From an uncultured delta proteobacterium (GTDB lineage Bacteria > Desulfobacterota > RBG-13-43-22), in the NCBI GenBank assembly GCA_963743305.1, contig CAVUPH010000014.1:160001-224000 (forward strand): a DNA stretch of 64,000 bases, in the 5' to 3' direction. Under the pieces are notes generated by a model. The model was not told the origin of the DNA, did not search any database, and saw only the letters and a list, made by a program, of their open reading frames with translations. The translations under genes and the position numbers were made by a program. Each line of letters opens with the position of its first letter. Within the stretch, counting starts at the first letter, position 1. Below, in pieces: positions 30,008 through 39,145 of the stretch.

Positions 30008-31042
30008 ATGGATATGAAAAACTCAAAACCGACCAATGAACAATGGACCGCCCTGTATGAAGCCGCCGCGGCTTTTAAGCAAACCGCCCCCTGGAAATGG
30101 ATGTACGACAGCGAGCTCTTCGGCGTGCAGGACCCGGAAAGCGGGGAGGTGGGTTACTGCTGTGTTCTAGGCAGCCTGGGGGAAGTGCTGGGATTGAATG
30201 TTTATCTGGGGGCTCGGGGATTGAGCAGTTATCTGGAGATGTATGAAGCGGAGCATCCTGAAAAAGATCCTGATATGCCCTATAAACAGGACCTCCTGGT
30301 GGCCCATTTCGATGACCGGTCCTTTATGGAACCCGAGGATTTGAAGCGGGTCAAGGTCCTGGGGTATTCCTTCAAAGGTAAAAAAGCCTGGCCCTGGTTT
30401 CGAAGATACGAACCGGGGTTCTATCCAAGGCAAATTAATGAATCCGAAGTGGTCTTTCTAACGCAGGCCTTGATGCAAGCCATTGAAATGGCCAAACGAT
30501 TGAAAGAGAATCCAGCCATGTTGGAAAAAGCCGGGAACCAAGTCTGTCTGGTCCGGGTTCCGTCGATCCAGGAAGAACAGATAACCTGGGAAGACGTTTG
30601 GCAAGAGATTCCTTTGCTTAAACCGGCGGCCATCCAAGTCCCGCCGGTTGATGAACTACGCCTGAAAAAATTAAAGAAGGAAGTTCGTCGCCTTGGAGGG
30701 GTTTGGGAAGGGGATTATTTTTTCAGTCCGGCGGTAATTCAAGAAGGGGGACGACCCTATTATCCGCAAACCGTCCTCTGGGTTCACCAGGAATCCGGCC
30801 AGATCCTGGCCGGGGAATTTTTCCCTCATCAGGGGTTCGAAAAGGCCTTTCAAGATCATTTTATGACCCTGATCGAGAAACTGGATGCGGTCCCTCAGGA
30901 AATCCAGGTTAAGAGGATCGAGGTGTTACAGTTGCTGCAGCCGGTCATTGACTATTTGAAAATATCCGCAGCATTAAAGAAAAATCTTCCTGGTTTGGAG
31001 GAAGCCCGCCGGGCGATGGAGGAATTTTTAAGACGGAAATAG
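30008..31042 (+). CDS. Conserved hypothetical protein
   Basis: 344-aa ORF with W..LY.AA..FK..APW.WM motif; function not recognised. Confidence 0.75.
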   Translation: MDMKNSKPTNEQWTALYEAAAAFKQTAPWKWMYDSELFGVQDPESGEVGYCCVLGSLGEVLGLNVYLGARGLSSYLEMYEAEHPEKDPDMPYKQDLLVAHFDDRSFMEPEDLKRVKVLGYSFKGKKAWPWFRRYEPGFYPRQINESEVVFLTQALMQAIEMAKRLKENPAMLEKAGNQVCLVRVPSIQEEQITWEDVWQEIPLLKPAAIQVPPVDELRLKKLKKEVRRLGGVWEGDYFFSPAVIQEGGRPYYPQTVLWVHQESGQILAGEFFPHQGFEKAFQDHFMTLIEKLDAVPQEIQVKRIEVLQLLQPVIDYLKISAALKKNLPGLEEARRAMEEFLRRK

Positions 31043-31051
31043 GCCCAAAAT

Positions 31052-31080
31052 AAAAGGGCCTCAATAACCGAGGCCCTTTA
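31052..31080. terminator. Bidirectional terminator between convergent genes
   Basis: AAAAGGGCCTC-AATAACC-GAGGCCCTTT. Confidence 0.7.
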
Positions 31081-31103
31081 CGTTAATTTTCTCCTCTCTT
31101 TTT

Positions 31104-31742
31104 TCAGCGCGGGGTCATTATTTTTGGCAGGATCCTCACGTCAATTTCCCCCTTCAGCAGTTTCTTGAACTCCTCCGCATCCTTATCCGATCCCACAATC
31201 GCCCCATAGTGTATCGGGACGGCGATTTGGGGCTTGATGGCCCGGGCGGCCTCGGCGGCCTGTTTAGCCGTCATGACGTAGGTGCCGGAGACGGGCAGGA
31301 AGGCGATGTCCGTTTTCAAGGTTTTCATTTCCGGCATGAAATCCACGTCGCCCGGGTGATAGATCCGGATCCCTTCGATGGTGACGATGAAACCCAGCCA
31401 GTTGTTTTTTTGGGGGTGAAAATCCTTGTCCGTATTATAGGCCGGGACGGCTTCGATGGTCATCCCTTCCCATTGTTTCACCTCGCCCGGTTTCATGGTC
31501 TCCACTCGGCCGCTCAGTTTTTTAGCGGAGGCCGGCTCGGTGATGATCAGGGTGTCCTTGGTCCGGATCTTGGCCACGTCCTCCGGGGAGCAGTGGTCGA
31601 AATGGTCATGGGTGATCAGGATCAGGTCCGCCGGAGGACCCCCGGCAATCTGGAAGGGGTCGAAATAGATGGTTTTTTTGTTCTGGTAGAGGATGCCGTC
31701 GTGTCCCAGCCAGGAAAGCTTTTTGAAAACTTCCTCAATCAT
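31104..31742 (-). CDS. MBL-fold metallo-hydrolase (UlaG-like)
   Basis: WLGHD, THDHFDH, AVPAYN...HP, PIHYG. Confidence 0.85.
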   Translation of the reverse strand: MIEEVFKKLSWLGHDGILYQNKKTIYFDPFQIAGGPPADLILITHDHFDHCSPEDVAKIRTKDTLIITEPASAKKLSGRVETMKPGEVKQWEGMTIEAVPAYNTDKDFHPQKNNWLGFIVTIEGIRIYHPGDVDFMPEMKTLKTDIAFLPVSGTYVMTAKQAAEAARAIKPQIAVPIHYGAIVGSDKDAEEFKKLLKGEIDVRILPKIMTPR

Positions 31743-31781
31743 AAAATCCTCCTTAAAGGGAAAAGCGGTCAATCGCCCGAT

Positions 31782-31970
31782 TTATTTCGATTCCAGGATA
31801 ATCTTGTGATCTACCAGGGACAATTTTTTTATTTTCGCCGGCAGTACCTTCTGCTCGCCGAAGATATTCACCAGGCGGATATTCCCGTTCTCCTGTTCGA
31901 GGATATCCACGCTTTCCAGGACCAGTTCCTCCTGGCCGTCCCGCAGGATAAAGGCCGATGCTTCACACAT
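31782..31970 (-). CDS. CooT-family nickel-binding protein
   Basis: MCEASA start, IFGEQK, L.DHKIIL. Confidence 0.8.
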   Translation of the reverse strand: MCEASAFILRDGQEELVLESVDILEQENGNIRLVNIFGEQKVLPAKIKKLSLVDHKIILESK

Positions 31971-32379
31971 GTTGCTGAACCTCCTTTAAACGAAGAATTA
32001 TCTTATCCACTAAATGAGGGAGCGGTTCCGATACGAACCCCATGATTTCCACGTTTTCCTGAGAAAGGGGAATGAGCAGTTTCAGGGCCGGGCATTCGGC
32101 CACGGCCTGGGCGATAGCCGGCGATACCTCCCCCATCATGGCTTGAGCCAGGACGATCCCGATGGGGCCCACGATAACGTCCATTTTAGGCGCCGTTTGA
32201 ACGATGGCGTTCTCTCCGGTGGCCCCTTTGTTGGCCCGGGCCTTGATCATCTGGGCCGTGGCAATGGAATTGGTGCCTAAGGCGATGATCTGGATGGATT
32301 CGCCGAATTCCTCGCGCAGCCTTTTGATCACGGCGCTCCCGATCCCGCCGCCTTGTCCGTCCACCACCGCGATTTTCAT
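31963..32379 (-). CDS. DUF3842 family protein
   Basis: VVDGQGGGIG, GTNSIAT..M..A.A..GATGENA. Confidence 0.8.
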   Translation of the reverse strand: MKIAVVDGQGGGIGSAVIKRLREEFGESIQIIALGTNSIATAQMIKARANKGATGENAIVQTAPKMDVIVGPIGIVLAQAMMGEVSPAIAQAVAECPALKLLIPLSQENVEIMGFVSEPLPHLVDKIILRLKEVQQHV

Positions 32380-32545
32380 TGATATCATTCCTTTGTTCCA
32401 GTTGTTTGATTATCTTAACAAAAAATACGCCTGGAAACAAGCTCAAGGATCTATCTTCTTTTCTACCGGGACAGGGGAGGAGACCCGAATCAGTCTCGAA
32501 CGGCCTATGCCCTGGCTGGCGTCAAAAACAGAACCCGACTGATCG

Positions 32546-33568
32546 CTAAAATTCATCGCCAATCTGCAACAACACTTTAACCGCCAGACCGGGGTCAATT
32601 CTTTCCCGGTATACTTCCGGCAATTTTTCCAAGGGGATCAGGTCGGAAACCAGGGGGTGGGCGTCAACCCGGCCTGCGGCCATCCAATCCAGACACTGTA
32701 TATTCTCCGCATGGGTATTGGAGATGGAGGCCGTCAGCTTAACTTCCTTGAAATTGATCAGGTAAGGCTCGGGTAAATCCAGGGGTTTGAACAGTACGCT
32801 GACGATGCAGATCTGCCCGCAATCAGCCGCCAGATGAACGGCGCGACCGATATTGGCCGTTACGCCCGAGCATTCGAATATCTTATCAAACCCGCCTCCG
32901 ACCATAGAGCTGACCTGCAGATTGAGATCCTTTTCCCCGGGATCAAATACCCGGTCGGCCCCGAATCCCAGGGCGATCTCTCTTTTTTCTTTGATCGGTT
33001 CCAAGAGGACCACGGGGTGGTAACCAAGAATTTTCAGGATCCTGACTGCGGACAGGCCGATGGGCCCTCCGCCCATGACCAAGGCGGAACCGGTATCAGA
33101 CCCGGTGCAGTTGATGGCGTGCAAGGCGGAAGCAAAGGTCTCGGCCAAGGCCGCGTTACGGGAATCCACCCCCTCGGGTATGGGAATCAACATCTGAGGG
33201 AAGACCTTGACATATTCAGCAAAACCGCCGGGTAAGTCACCGATGCCCGTGGTTCGACGATGAACCCGGCAGAGGTGCGGTCTACCCCTAAGGCAGTTGG
33301 CGCAGTGGCCACAATAGGTCGGACGGATGCAGACCCTTGTGCCCAAGGGAGGTCCGTCGGCGTCTGCGCCTTTTTCGACCAAGACGGCGCTGATCTCGTG
33401 ACCCAGTATCGTGCCGTCGGGCATGAACCCGCCGGCGACCAAGGAATGATCGGATCCGCAAAATCCGGTATTGACCACTTTGACCAAAACCTCATCTGCC
33501 TTTAGCTGGTAATCGGGAACCTCCTCATAGACCAGCCCGCTGGACGGGCGAAAAACAACGGCCTTCAT
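32546..33568 (-). CDS. Zn-dependent medium-chain alcohol dehydrogenase
   Basis: CGSD, GHE, CGHCANC...C, GGGPIG. Confidence 0.9.
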   Translation of the reverse strand: MKAVVFRPSSGLVYEEVPDYQLKADEVLVKVVNTGFCGSDHSLVAGGFMPDGTILGHEISAVLVEKGADADGPPLGTRVCIRPTYCGHCANCLRGRPHLCRVHRRTTGIGDLPGGFAEYVKVFPQMLIPIPEGVDSRNAALAETFASALHAINCTGSDTGSALVMGGGPIGLSAVRILKILGYHPVVLLEPIKEKREIALGFGADRVFDPGEKDLNLQVSSMVGGGFDKIFECSGVTANIGRAVHLAADCGQICIVSVLFKPLDLPEPYLINFKEVKLTASISNTHAENIQCLDWMAAGRVDAHPLVSDLIPLEKLPEVYRERIDPGLAVKVLLQIGDEF

Positions 33569-33593
33569 CGATTCCTCCTTTATTCCTTCTTTT

Positions 33594-33675
33594 CTTTCGC
33601 CGAGACCAGACGGCCACCGAACTCCGAATTCAGACTAAGCTGCCCTTATTGGGCCCACCCACCCAAACGGACGAA
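33594..33675 (+). repeat. Dispersed repeat family B (variant interior)
   Basis: CTTTCGCCGAGACCAGACGGCCA...ACCCACCCAAACGGACGAA. Confidence 0.65.
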
Positions 33676-33688
33676 CAACCTTCTTTCC

Positions 33689-34988
33689 TTAATCCTCGCA
33701 TTCCAGGATAACCTTTTCTACCCGGTTCAGATCTTTTTCATAAAAGAAGGACCCGGCAAAAAAAAGCAGGGCCGACAACAGAAGAAAAATGGGCAGGATA
33801 GTCATGGCCGCTTTGATGCCGTATACATCAGAAATCGCCCCGATTACGATCGGGGCCAGCGAAGCCCCGAGGAGATTCTGAAAAACGACACAGATGGAGT
33901 AAGAGATAGCCCGAAGTCCGGGGTGGACCACCTCCTGGGTAACGGTGATGGCCGCCGGGGAAAAGGCGCTGGCCACGATGCCCATAAGCAGGAGCATCAG
34001 GTACTGAGCCTTTCCCTCAAGAAAGGAAAAGGCGATAAACAGGATAATGGCATTCAGGGCCGTCGTAACGGCCGGAAAGAGAAGTCGTGAACTCACCCGC
34101 TTCTTAAACCACATATCGGCCAACCATCCTCCCAGGGGGAGGCCGATGATGGCCAGCAGCATGAGCAGACCTGTTTTCATGCCCGCCTGACTGATGGGGA
34201 GACCGTCCACACGGTGAAAATAGGTAGGGAAGCCAGGTGATGATGGCATTGTTGGCAAAGATGCAGCCGACAAACCCGAGATTGGTCAGAATCAGGGAAG
34301 GAACATGGAGGAAGGCGCGAAAGATATCCATCTTGCTCATCTTGACCCGGTTCCGGCCGGTATCACAGGAATCCACCGTCTTGACCAGTTCTACGGTCTT
34401 ATAGTCCTTGACGAAGAAGAAAAGGATGGCCACGAGCGCTCCGGGAAGGGCTACCAGGCCGAAGGCATGCCGCCACCCCCAGGTTTGGGCCACGTAGCCG
34501 CCGATACCAATGCCGACGGCGATACCGAGGGGGATAGAGATATTCCAAAGACCCATCATGCGGGAACGTTTTTCCGGGGGAAACAGACCCGAGAGCATAG
34601 CCGTGCCGGCGGGGGCATAGCCGGCCTCCCCGACACCAATGCCGGAGCGGGCCATCAGCAACTGGGGAAAGCTCTTGGTAAAGGCACAGGCTACCGTGGC
34701 GGCCGTCCAGAGCAGGGCCATGACGCCGATGGTTTTTTTTCGGCTCCAACGGTCCACGAGGATCGAGACGGGAAAGACAAAGGCGACAATGGACCAGTAA
34801 ACGGCTGACACGAGCAGGCCGGACTGGGCGTCCGTCAGTCCATATTCCTTTTTAATGAACGGGAAAAGGGAGGTCACGATCATCCGGTCGACATAATCGA
34901 AAAAATACAGCAAGAACAGCAGGGTGAAGATATAATAGGAACTTCCTTTGGACAGCTTGTATTCCTTGGGTGTAGTCAGGCCATTCAT
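33689..34988 (-). CDS. MFS transporter (spinster-like), one frameshift near 34230
   Basis: DYVDR, DRWSRK, GVGEAGY; ORFs 34104-34988 and 33689-34273 form the two halves. Confidence 0.85.
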
Positions 34989-35125
34989 AAGGGCTCCTTA
35001 TATCATTAAAAGGTTCACTGGGCAAACAGGTCTTAACGCTCAGGTCCGATCGCCGGTCGAACACCTGGTTGGGTGTTGCCCAGAGGTGCTTTAATCCTGA
35101 ACAGGTGATTAGGAGTGCGTCTTTT

Positions 35126-35159
35126 CGTTTAATGCTTTAATGCCCTAAAGCATTAAACG
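35126..35159. promoter_or_regulatory. Perfect inverted repeat, candidate operator of the MFS-ADH operon
   Basis: CGTTTAATGCTTTA-N6-TAAAGCATTAAACG. Confidence 0.55.
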
Positions 35160-35178
35160 TTATATAGCATAAAATCTT

Positions 35179-35255
35179 CCTTTGGAAAACCCTTTCACCG
35201 AGACCAGACGGCCATACCCGATCTGGGGGGGGTACCCACCCAAAAGGGCGAAGCG
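35179..35255 (+). repeat. Dispersed repeat family B
   Basis: Closely matches 13396-13469. Confidence 0.8.
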
Positions 35256-35399
35256 TCTTTAATGTAACCAAGGGGCTAGTCGAAGTGGGTTGATTGGACA
35301 TTGACAAATAAAGGGATTCCAAACAAAATAAAACCCGACAAGTTTACTATTTAAATGGAGGCCTCCCGTCTCTGCCTTAATCGAATGGTCCGGTTCAGT

Positions 35400-36098
35400 A
35401 TGACGACATTAAAAACCACTGCTAAGGAACCGCCGGCACCCGAATTCCTTAAAGAAATTCCGGCCAGTCCGACATTCCTGAACCTTCCGGAAGCCAAGCG
35501 GGATCGAATTATCTTGGCGGCCACCCGGGAATTTTCAGAAAAGGGATACCAGGGAGCTTCCATCAACACCCTGGTGGACGACCTGGGAATCTCCAAGGGA
35601 TCGATATTCCAATATTTTTCTAACAAGAAAGGCCTTTTTCTCTTTATCTTCCAGGCGGCGGTGGCTCAGGTCCGCAAAACGCTGGTAACGGTAAAAGAAG
35701 AAACCGAGGAATTGGAGGTCTTTGAACGAATCAGGAGTTCACTCCTGGCCGGAGTCGATTTCGTTCGTCGGCATCCCCATATCTATAGAATATATTTGAA
35801 ATTACTGTTCGATCGGGACGCCCCTTTCCGCAATGAGCTGCTTCAGGCCGTTCGACTATTTTCCTCCGAATATCTGGGTTCTCTGGTGCGAAAGGGGATG
35901 GACCGGGGGGAGATCCGCCGGGATATCGCCCCGGAACAGGCGGTCTTTATCCTGGACGCGGTGCTGGACCGATACCTGCAAGCCTATATGGTTCCTTATC
36001 TGGACCACAGAGGCAATATCTACCGGGTTGATCAAAAAAAGGTGGAAGAGTGGGCGGTCGGACTGGTTACTATTTTACGAAAAGGCTTGCAAGGATAG
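35400..36098 (+). CDS. TetR/AcrR-family regulator (start uncertain, 35355-35400)
   Basis: TFLNLPEAKR..I..AA..EFSEKGY..ASIN......GISKGSIFQYF..KK. Confidence 0.9.
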   Translation: MTTLKTTAKEPPAPEFLKEIPASPTFLNLPEAKRDRIILAATREFSEKGYQGASINTLVDDLGISKGSIFQYFSNKKGLFLFIFQAAVAQVRKTLVTVKEETEELEVFERIRSSLLAGVDFVRRHPHIYRIYLKLLFDRDAPFRNELLQAVRLFSSEYLGSLVRKGMDRGEIRRDIAPEQAVFILDAVLDRYLQAYMVPYLDHRGNIYRVDQKKVEEWAVGLVTILRKGLQG

Positions 36099-36136
36099 TT
36101 TTTTTTCTTTATAAAATGACCAGGTGGTCATTTTAT
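36087..36136 (+). promoter_or_regulatory. sigma70-type promoter overlapped by a perfect palindromic operator
   Basis: TTGCAA-N17-TATAAA; ATAAAATGACCA-GG-TGGTCATTTTAT at 36111-36136. Confidence 0.7.
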
Positions 36137-36151
36137 TGGAGGTGGTTGAAA

Positions 36152-37240
36152 GTGCTTGAAGTCAGAGATGCGCGGCTAATGCCCATCCGGGAAAAGGTTT
36201 TATCGGGGGGGCGCTTGGAAAAGGAAGATGGTTTGGCCCTCTATCAAAGCCCTGACCTGCTGGGTGTGGGGGCTTTGGCCAACCGGATCCGAGAGAACCG
36301 AAACGGTAACCGGGCCTATTACATCGTCAACCAGCATATTAACTATTCGAATATCTGTCAGAACCGCTGCCGTTTTTGCGCCTTCGGTCGGGACCCGGAG
36401 GATCCGCTGGCTTATCAAATGAGCCTGGAGGATATCGAGGCGAAAGTCCGGGAACGGCTGTCCGACCCGATCAGCGAAATTCACATCGTCGGGGGTATCC
36501 ATCCCACCCTTCCCTTTGCCTACTACCTGGAAATGCTTCAACGGATTAAAAGAATCCGCCCGTCGGTTCACCTGCAGGCCTTCACGGCCGTGGAAATCGC
36601 CCATTTGGCTCACCTGGCCCAAAAATCCATTGAAGACACCTTGTCGGTCTTGATGGAAGCCGGGCTGGGATCCTTGCCGGGGGGCGGGGCGGAGGTCTTC
36701 AGCTCCCGTATCCGGGAAAACCTCTGCGCCAAAAAACTCCCTTCCCGGGATTGGATTTCCGTTTGCCAGACGGCCCACCGTCTAGGGCTCCATACCAATG
36801 CCACCCTGCTCTACGGCCATCTGGAGACCCTGGAAGAGCGGGTGGACCACTTGCTGGCCCTGCGGAAGGCCCAGGATGAGACCGGAGGCTTTCTGACCTT
36901 TATCCCGCTCGCTTTCCATCCCAAGAATACCGAGTTGGCGGAAATGGCCGGTACGACCGGCGTGGATGATCTGAAAAATATCGCCGTGGCTCGCCTGATG
37001 CTGGACAACTTTCCCCACATCAAGTCCTTCTGGATCATGATCGGTCCCAAACTGGCCCAGATTTCCCTGTCCTTTGGAGCCGACGATATAGATGGAACGG
37101 TCATTGAAGAACGGATTACCCATATGGCCGGGGCGGAAACCGCCCAAGCCATGACCCGGGAGGAAATTCTTCACCTGATCCGGGAAGCCGGACGTGAACC
37201 GGTGGAGCGGGATACCTTGTATAATACCGTAGTCCACTAA
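36152..37240 (+). CDS. mqnE: Aminofutalosine synthase (radical SAM, CofH-like)
   Basis: NYSNICQNRCRFCAF, EIHIVGG, AFTAVEI, PGGGAE, FIPLAFHP, HIKSFW, ITHMAG. Confidence 0.88.
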   Translation: MLEVRDARLMPIREKVLSGGRLEKEDGLALYQSPDLLGVGALANRIRENRNGNRAYYIVNQHINYSNICQNRCRFCAFGRDPEDPLAYQMSLEDIEAKVRERLSDPISEIHIVGGIHPTLPFAYYLEMLQRIKRIRPSVHLQAFTAVEIAHLAHLAQKSIEDTLSVLMEAGLGSLPGGGAEVFSSRIRENLCAKKLPSRDWISVCQTAHRLGLHTNATLLYGHLETLEERVDHLLALRKAQDETGGFLTFIPLAFHPKNTELAEMAGTTGVDDLKNIAVARLMLDNFPHIKSFWIMIGPKLAQISLSFGADDIDGTVIEERITHMAGAETAQAMTREEILHLIREAGREPVERDTLYNTVVH

Positions 37241-37262
37241 ACCCGGTTGCAGCTCAAACTCG

Positions 37263-38282
37263 ATGCGCCTCAATTCCCAACAAGCCCTGGACTGGTACCA
37301 ATCGGATCTCCTGACACTCGGGCAAGCCGCCCAGGAGGTTCGCTGGAAGCTCCACCCCGAACCAGTGGTCACTTATGTGGTGGACCGGAACATTAATTAC
37401 ACCAATGTCTGCCTTTCCGGCTGCCGTTTTTGCGCCTTTTATCGGCAGGCGGATTCCCCGGAAGCCTATGTGCTGGACCGGGAGGTCTTGGGCAAAAAAA
37501 TTGAAGAAACATTGGCCCTGGGAGGCACCCAGATACTGCTTCAGGGCGGGATGCACCCTGATCTGCCCTTTTCATTTTATGAGGACTTGCTTCAATGGAT
37601 CAAGGGCCGTTACCCGATCCACATCCACGGATTTTCGCCTCCCGAAATCAATCACCTGGCCCGGATAGCGGGTATGCCCCTGGAAACGGTTTTAATCCGG
37701 CTTAGGGATTCCGGACTTGGCTCCATTCCGGGCGGGGGGGCTGAAATCCTGGTGGACCGGGTCAGAGAACGGGTTTCTCCCCGAAAAGGGACGAGCGCCG
37801 AGTGGCTTCAGGTCATGGAAACAGCCCACCGCATTGGGTTGCGAACTACCGCCACCATGATGTTCGGCCATCTGGAGACCGTCGCAGACCGGATTGAGCA
37901 CCTCTTGGCCGTACGAGAACTGCAGGATCGTACCGGCGGCTTCACCGCTTTCATCCCCTGGACCTTCCAGCCGGGGAATACCGATCTGCGGCGGATTCCG
38001 GCCGGAGGGACGGAGTACTTGCGTATGCTGGCCCTGTCCCGGTTGGTCCTCGACAACATTCCCAACATCCAGGCTTCCTGGGTTACCCAGGGGCCCAAGG
38101 TCGGGCAAATCGCCCTTCTGTTCGGAGCCAACGACCTGGGCAGCACGATGATCGAAGAAAATGTGGTGGCCGCCGCCGGGGTGGCTTACCGCTTATCTAT
38201 TGAAGAGCTGGCCCGCCTGATCACGGCCGCCCGTTTTATCCCCCAACAGCGGGACACCTTTTACCAAAAGGTGGCGACATGA
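37263..38282 (+). CDS. mqnC: Cyclic dehypoxanthine futalosine synthase
   Basis: TYVVDRNINYTNVC..GCRFCAFY, LLQGG, FIPWTFQP, QASWVTQG, MIEENVV. Confidence 0.9.
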   Translation: MRLNSQQALDWYQSDLLTLGQAAQEVRWKLHPEPVVTYVVDRNINYTNVCLSGCRFCAFYRQADSPEAYVLDREVLGKKIEETLALGGTQILLQGGMHPDLPFSFYEDLLQWIKGRYPIHIHGFSPPEINHLARIAGMPLETVLIRLRDSGLGSIPGGGAEILVDRVRERVSPRKGTSAEWLQVMETAHRIGLRTTATMMFGHLETVADRIEHLLAVRELQDRTGGFTAFIPWTFQPGNTDLRRIPAGGTEYLRMLALSRLVLDNIPNIQASWVTQGPKVGQIALLFGANDLGSTMIEENVVAAAGVAYRLSIEELARLITAARFIPQQRDTFYQKVAT

Positions 38283-39145
38283 CCCCCCGGGTGGCGGTTA
38301 TCGCCAGGGTTGGCGCTCATCGGGCTTTTCTGGAGCAAGGCGCCCGAGAGTTAAGTGTTCAGCCCTTGAACACTCCATTCGGGTTAAGCGTTCCGATCCA
38401 TTTTTTGGAGTCGGAGGGCATCCCCTTTGTGGTCTTATCCCGCCATGGGGAGGACCGATATGCTACCGCGGCCCCCTTCGTAAACGACCTGGCCAACATC
38501 TGGGCACTGAAAGAAGCCGGCATCGAAAAAATCCTGTCCTGGTCGGCTCCCGGATCCCTGAATCCGGCAATGGCGCCGGGTTCCCTGGTGGTGGTGGATG
38601 ATCTGCTGGATGAAACCCGTTCCGGACCCCGGTCTTTTTTCGAGGGGAAGGGTATCGGGGTAATCCGGCAGGAGGCCGTGTTCTGTCCGGAAATTCGGGC
38701 GTTGATGATTGAAAAACTGGCGGGGGTCCCGTTCCTTCTTCATTCCCAAGGAGTCTATGTCTCCGTGGAAGGTCCCCGCCTGGAAACCAAGGCGGAGATC
38801 CGCAAGTATCGCCTGCTCGGAGGAGACCTGATCGGCATGAATCTGGCGCCGGAGGCCTTCCTGGCCAAGGAACTGGAAATGTGTTACGGGGCCTTGTGCT
38901 ATCCCGTCAATTTTGCCGAAGGGGTCAAGGTACGACCTTACGTGCGGGGGATCCTATTTGAGGGATTGGCCTTTCCCGAGGAAATGGCGCGGGTCAAAGA
39001 AGTGGAAAAGGCCTTCCCGGAACTGATCCTGCCTTTATTGGGCCCCTTGACGGAAACCCCCCGCGCCTGCCCCTGCCCCGTCGCCATGGAGCGCTACAAA
39101 ATCCGGGGAGACATCGGAGAAGACTTTCACACATGGATCAAATAA
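38279..39145 (+). CDS. MTAP/MTIP-family purine nucleoside phosphorylase-fold protein
   Basis: TPFG, SRHG, ANIWALK, PGSL, EGPRLETKAE, IGMN, PEAFLAKE, VNFAEG. Confidence 0.85.
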   Translation: MTPRVAVIARVGAHRAFLEQGARELSVQPLNTPFGLSVPIHFLESEGIPFVVLSRHGEDRYATAAPFVNDLANIWALKEAGIEKILSWSAPGSLNPAMAPGSLVVVDDLLDETRSGPRSFFEGKGIGVIRQEAVFCPEIRALMIEKLAGVPFLLHSQGVYVSVEGPRLETKAEIRKYRLLGGDLIGMNLAPEAFLAKELEMCYGALCYPVNFAEGVKVRPYVRGILFEGLAFPEEMARVKEVEKAFPELILPLLGPLTETPRACPCPVAMERYKIRGDIGEDFHTWIK

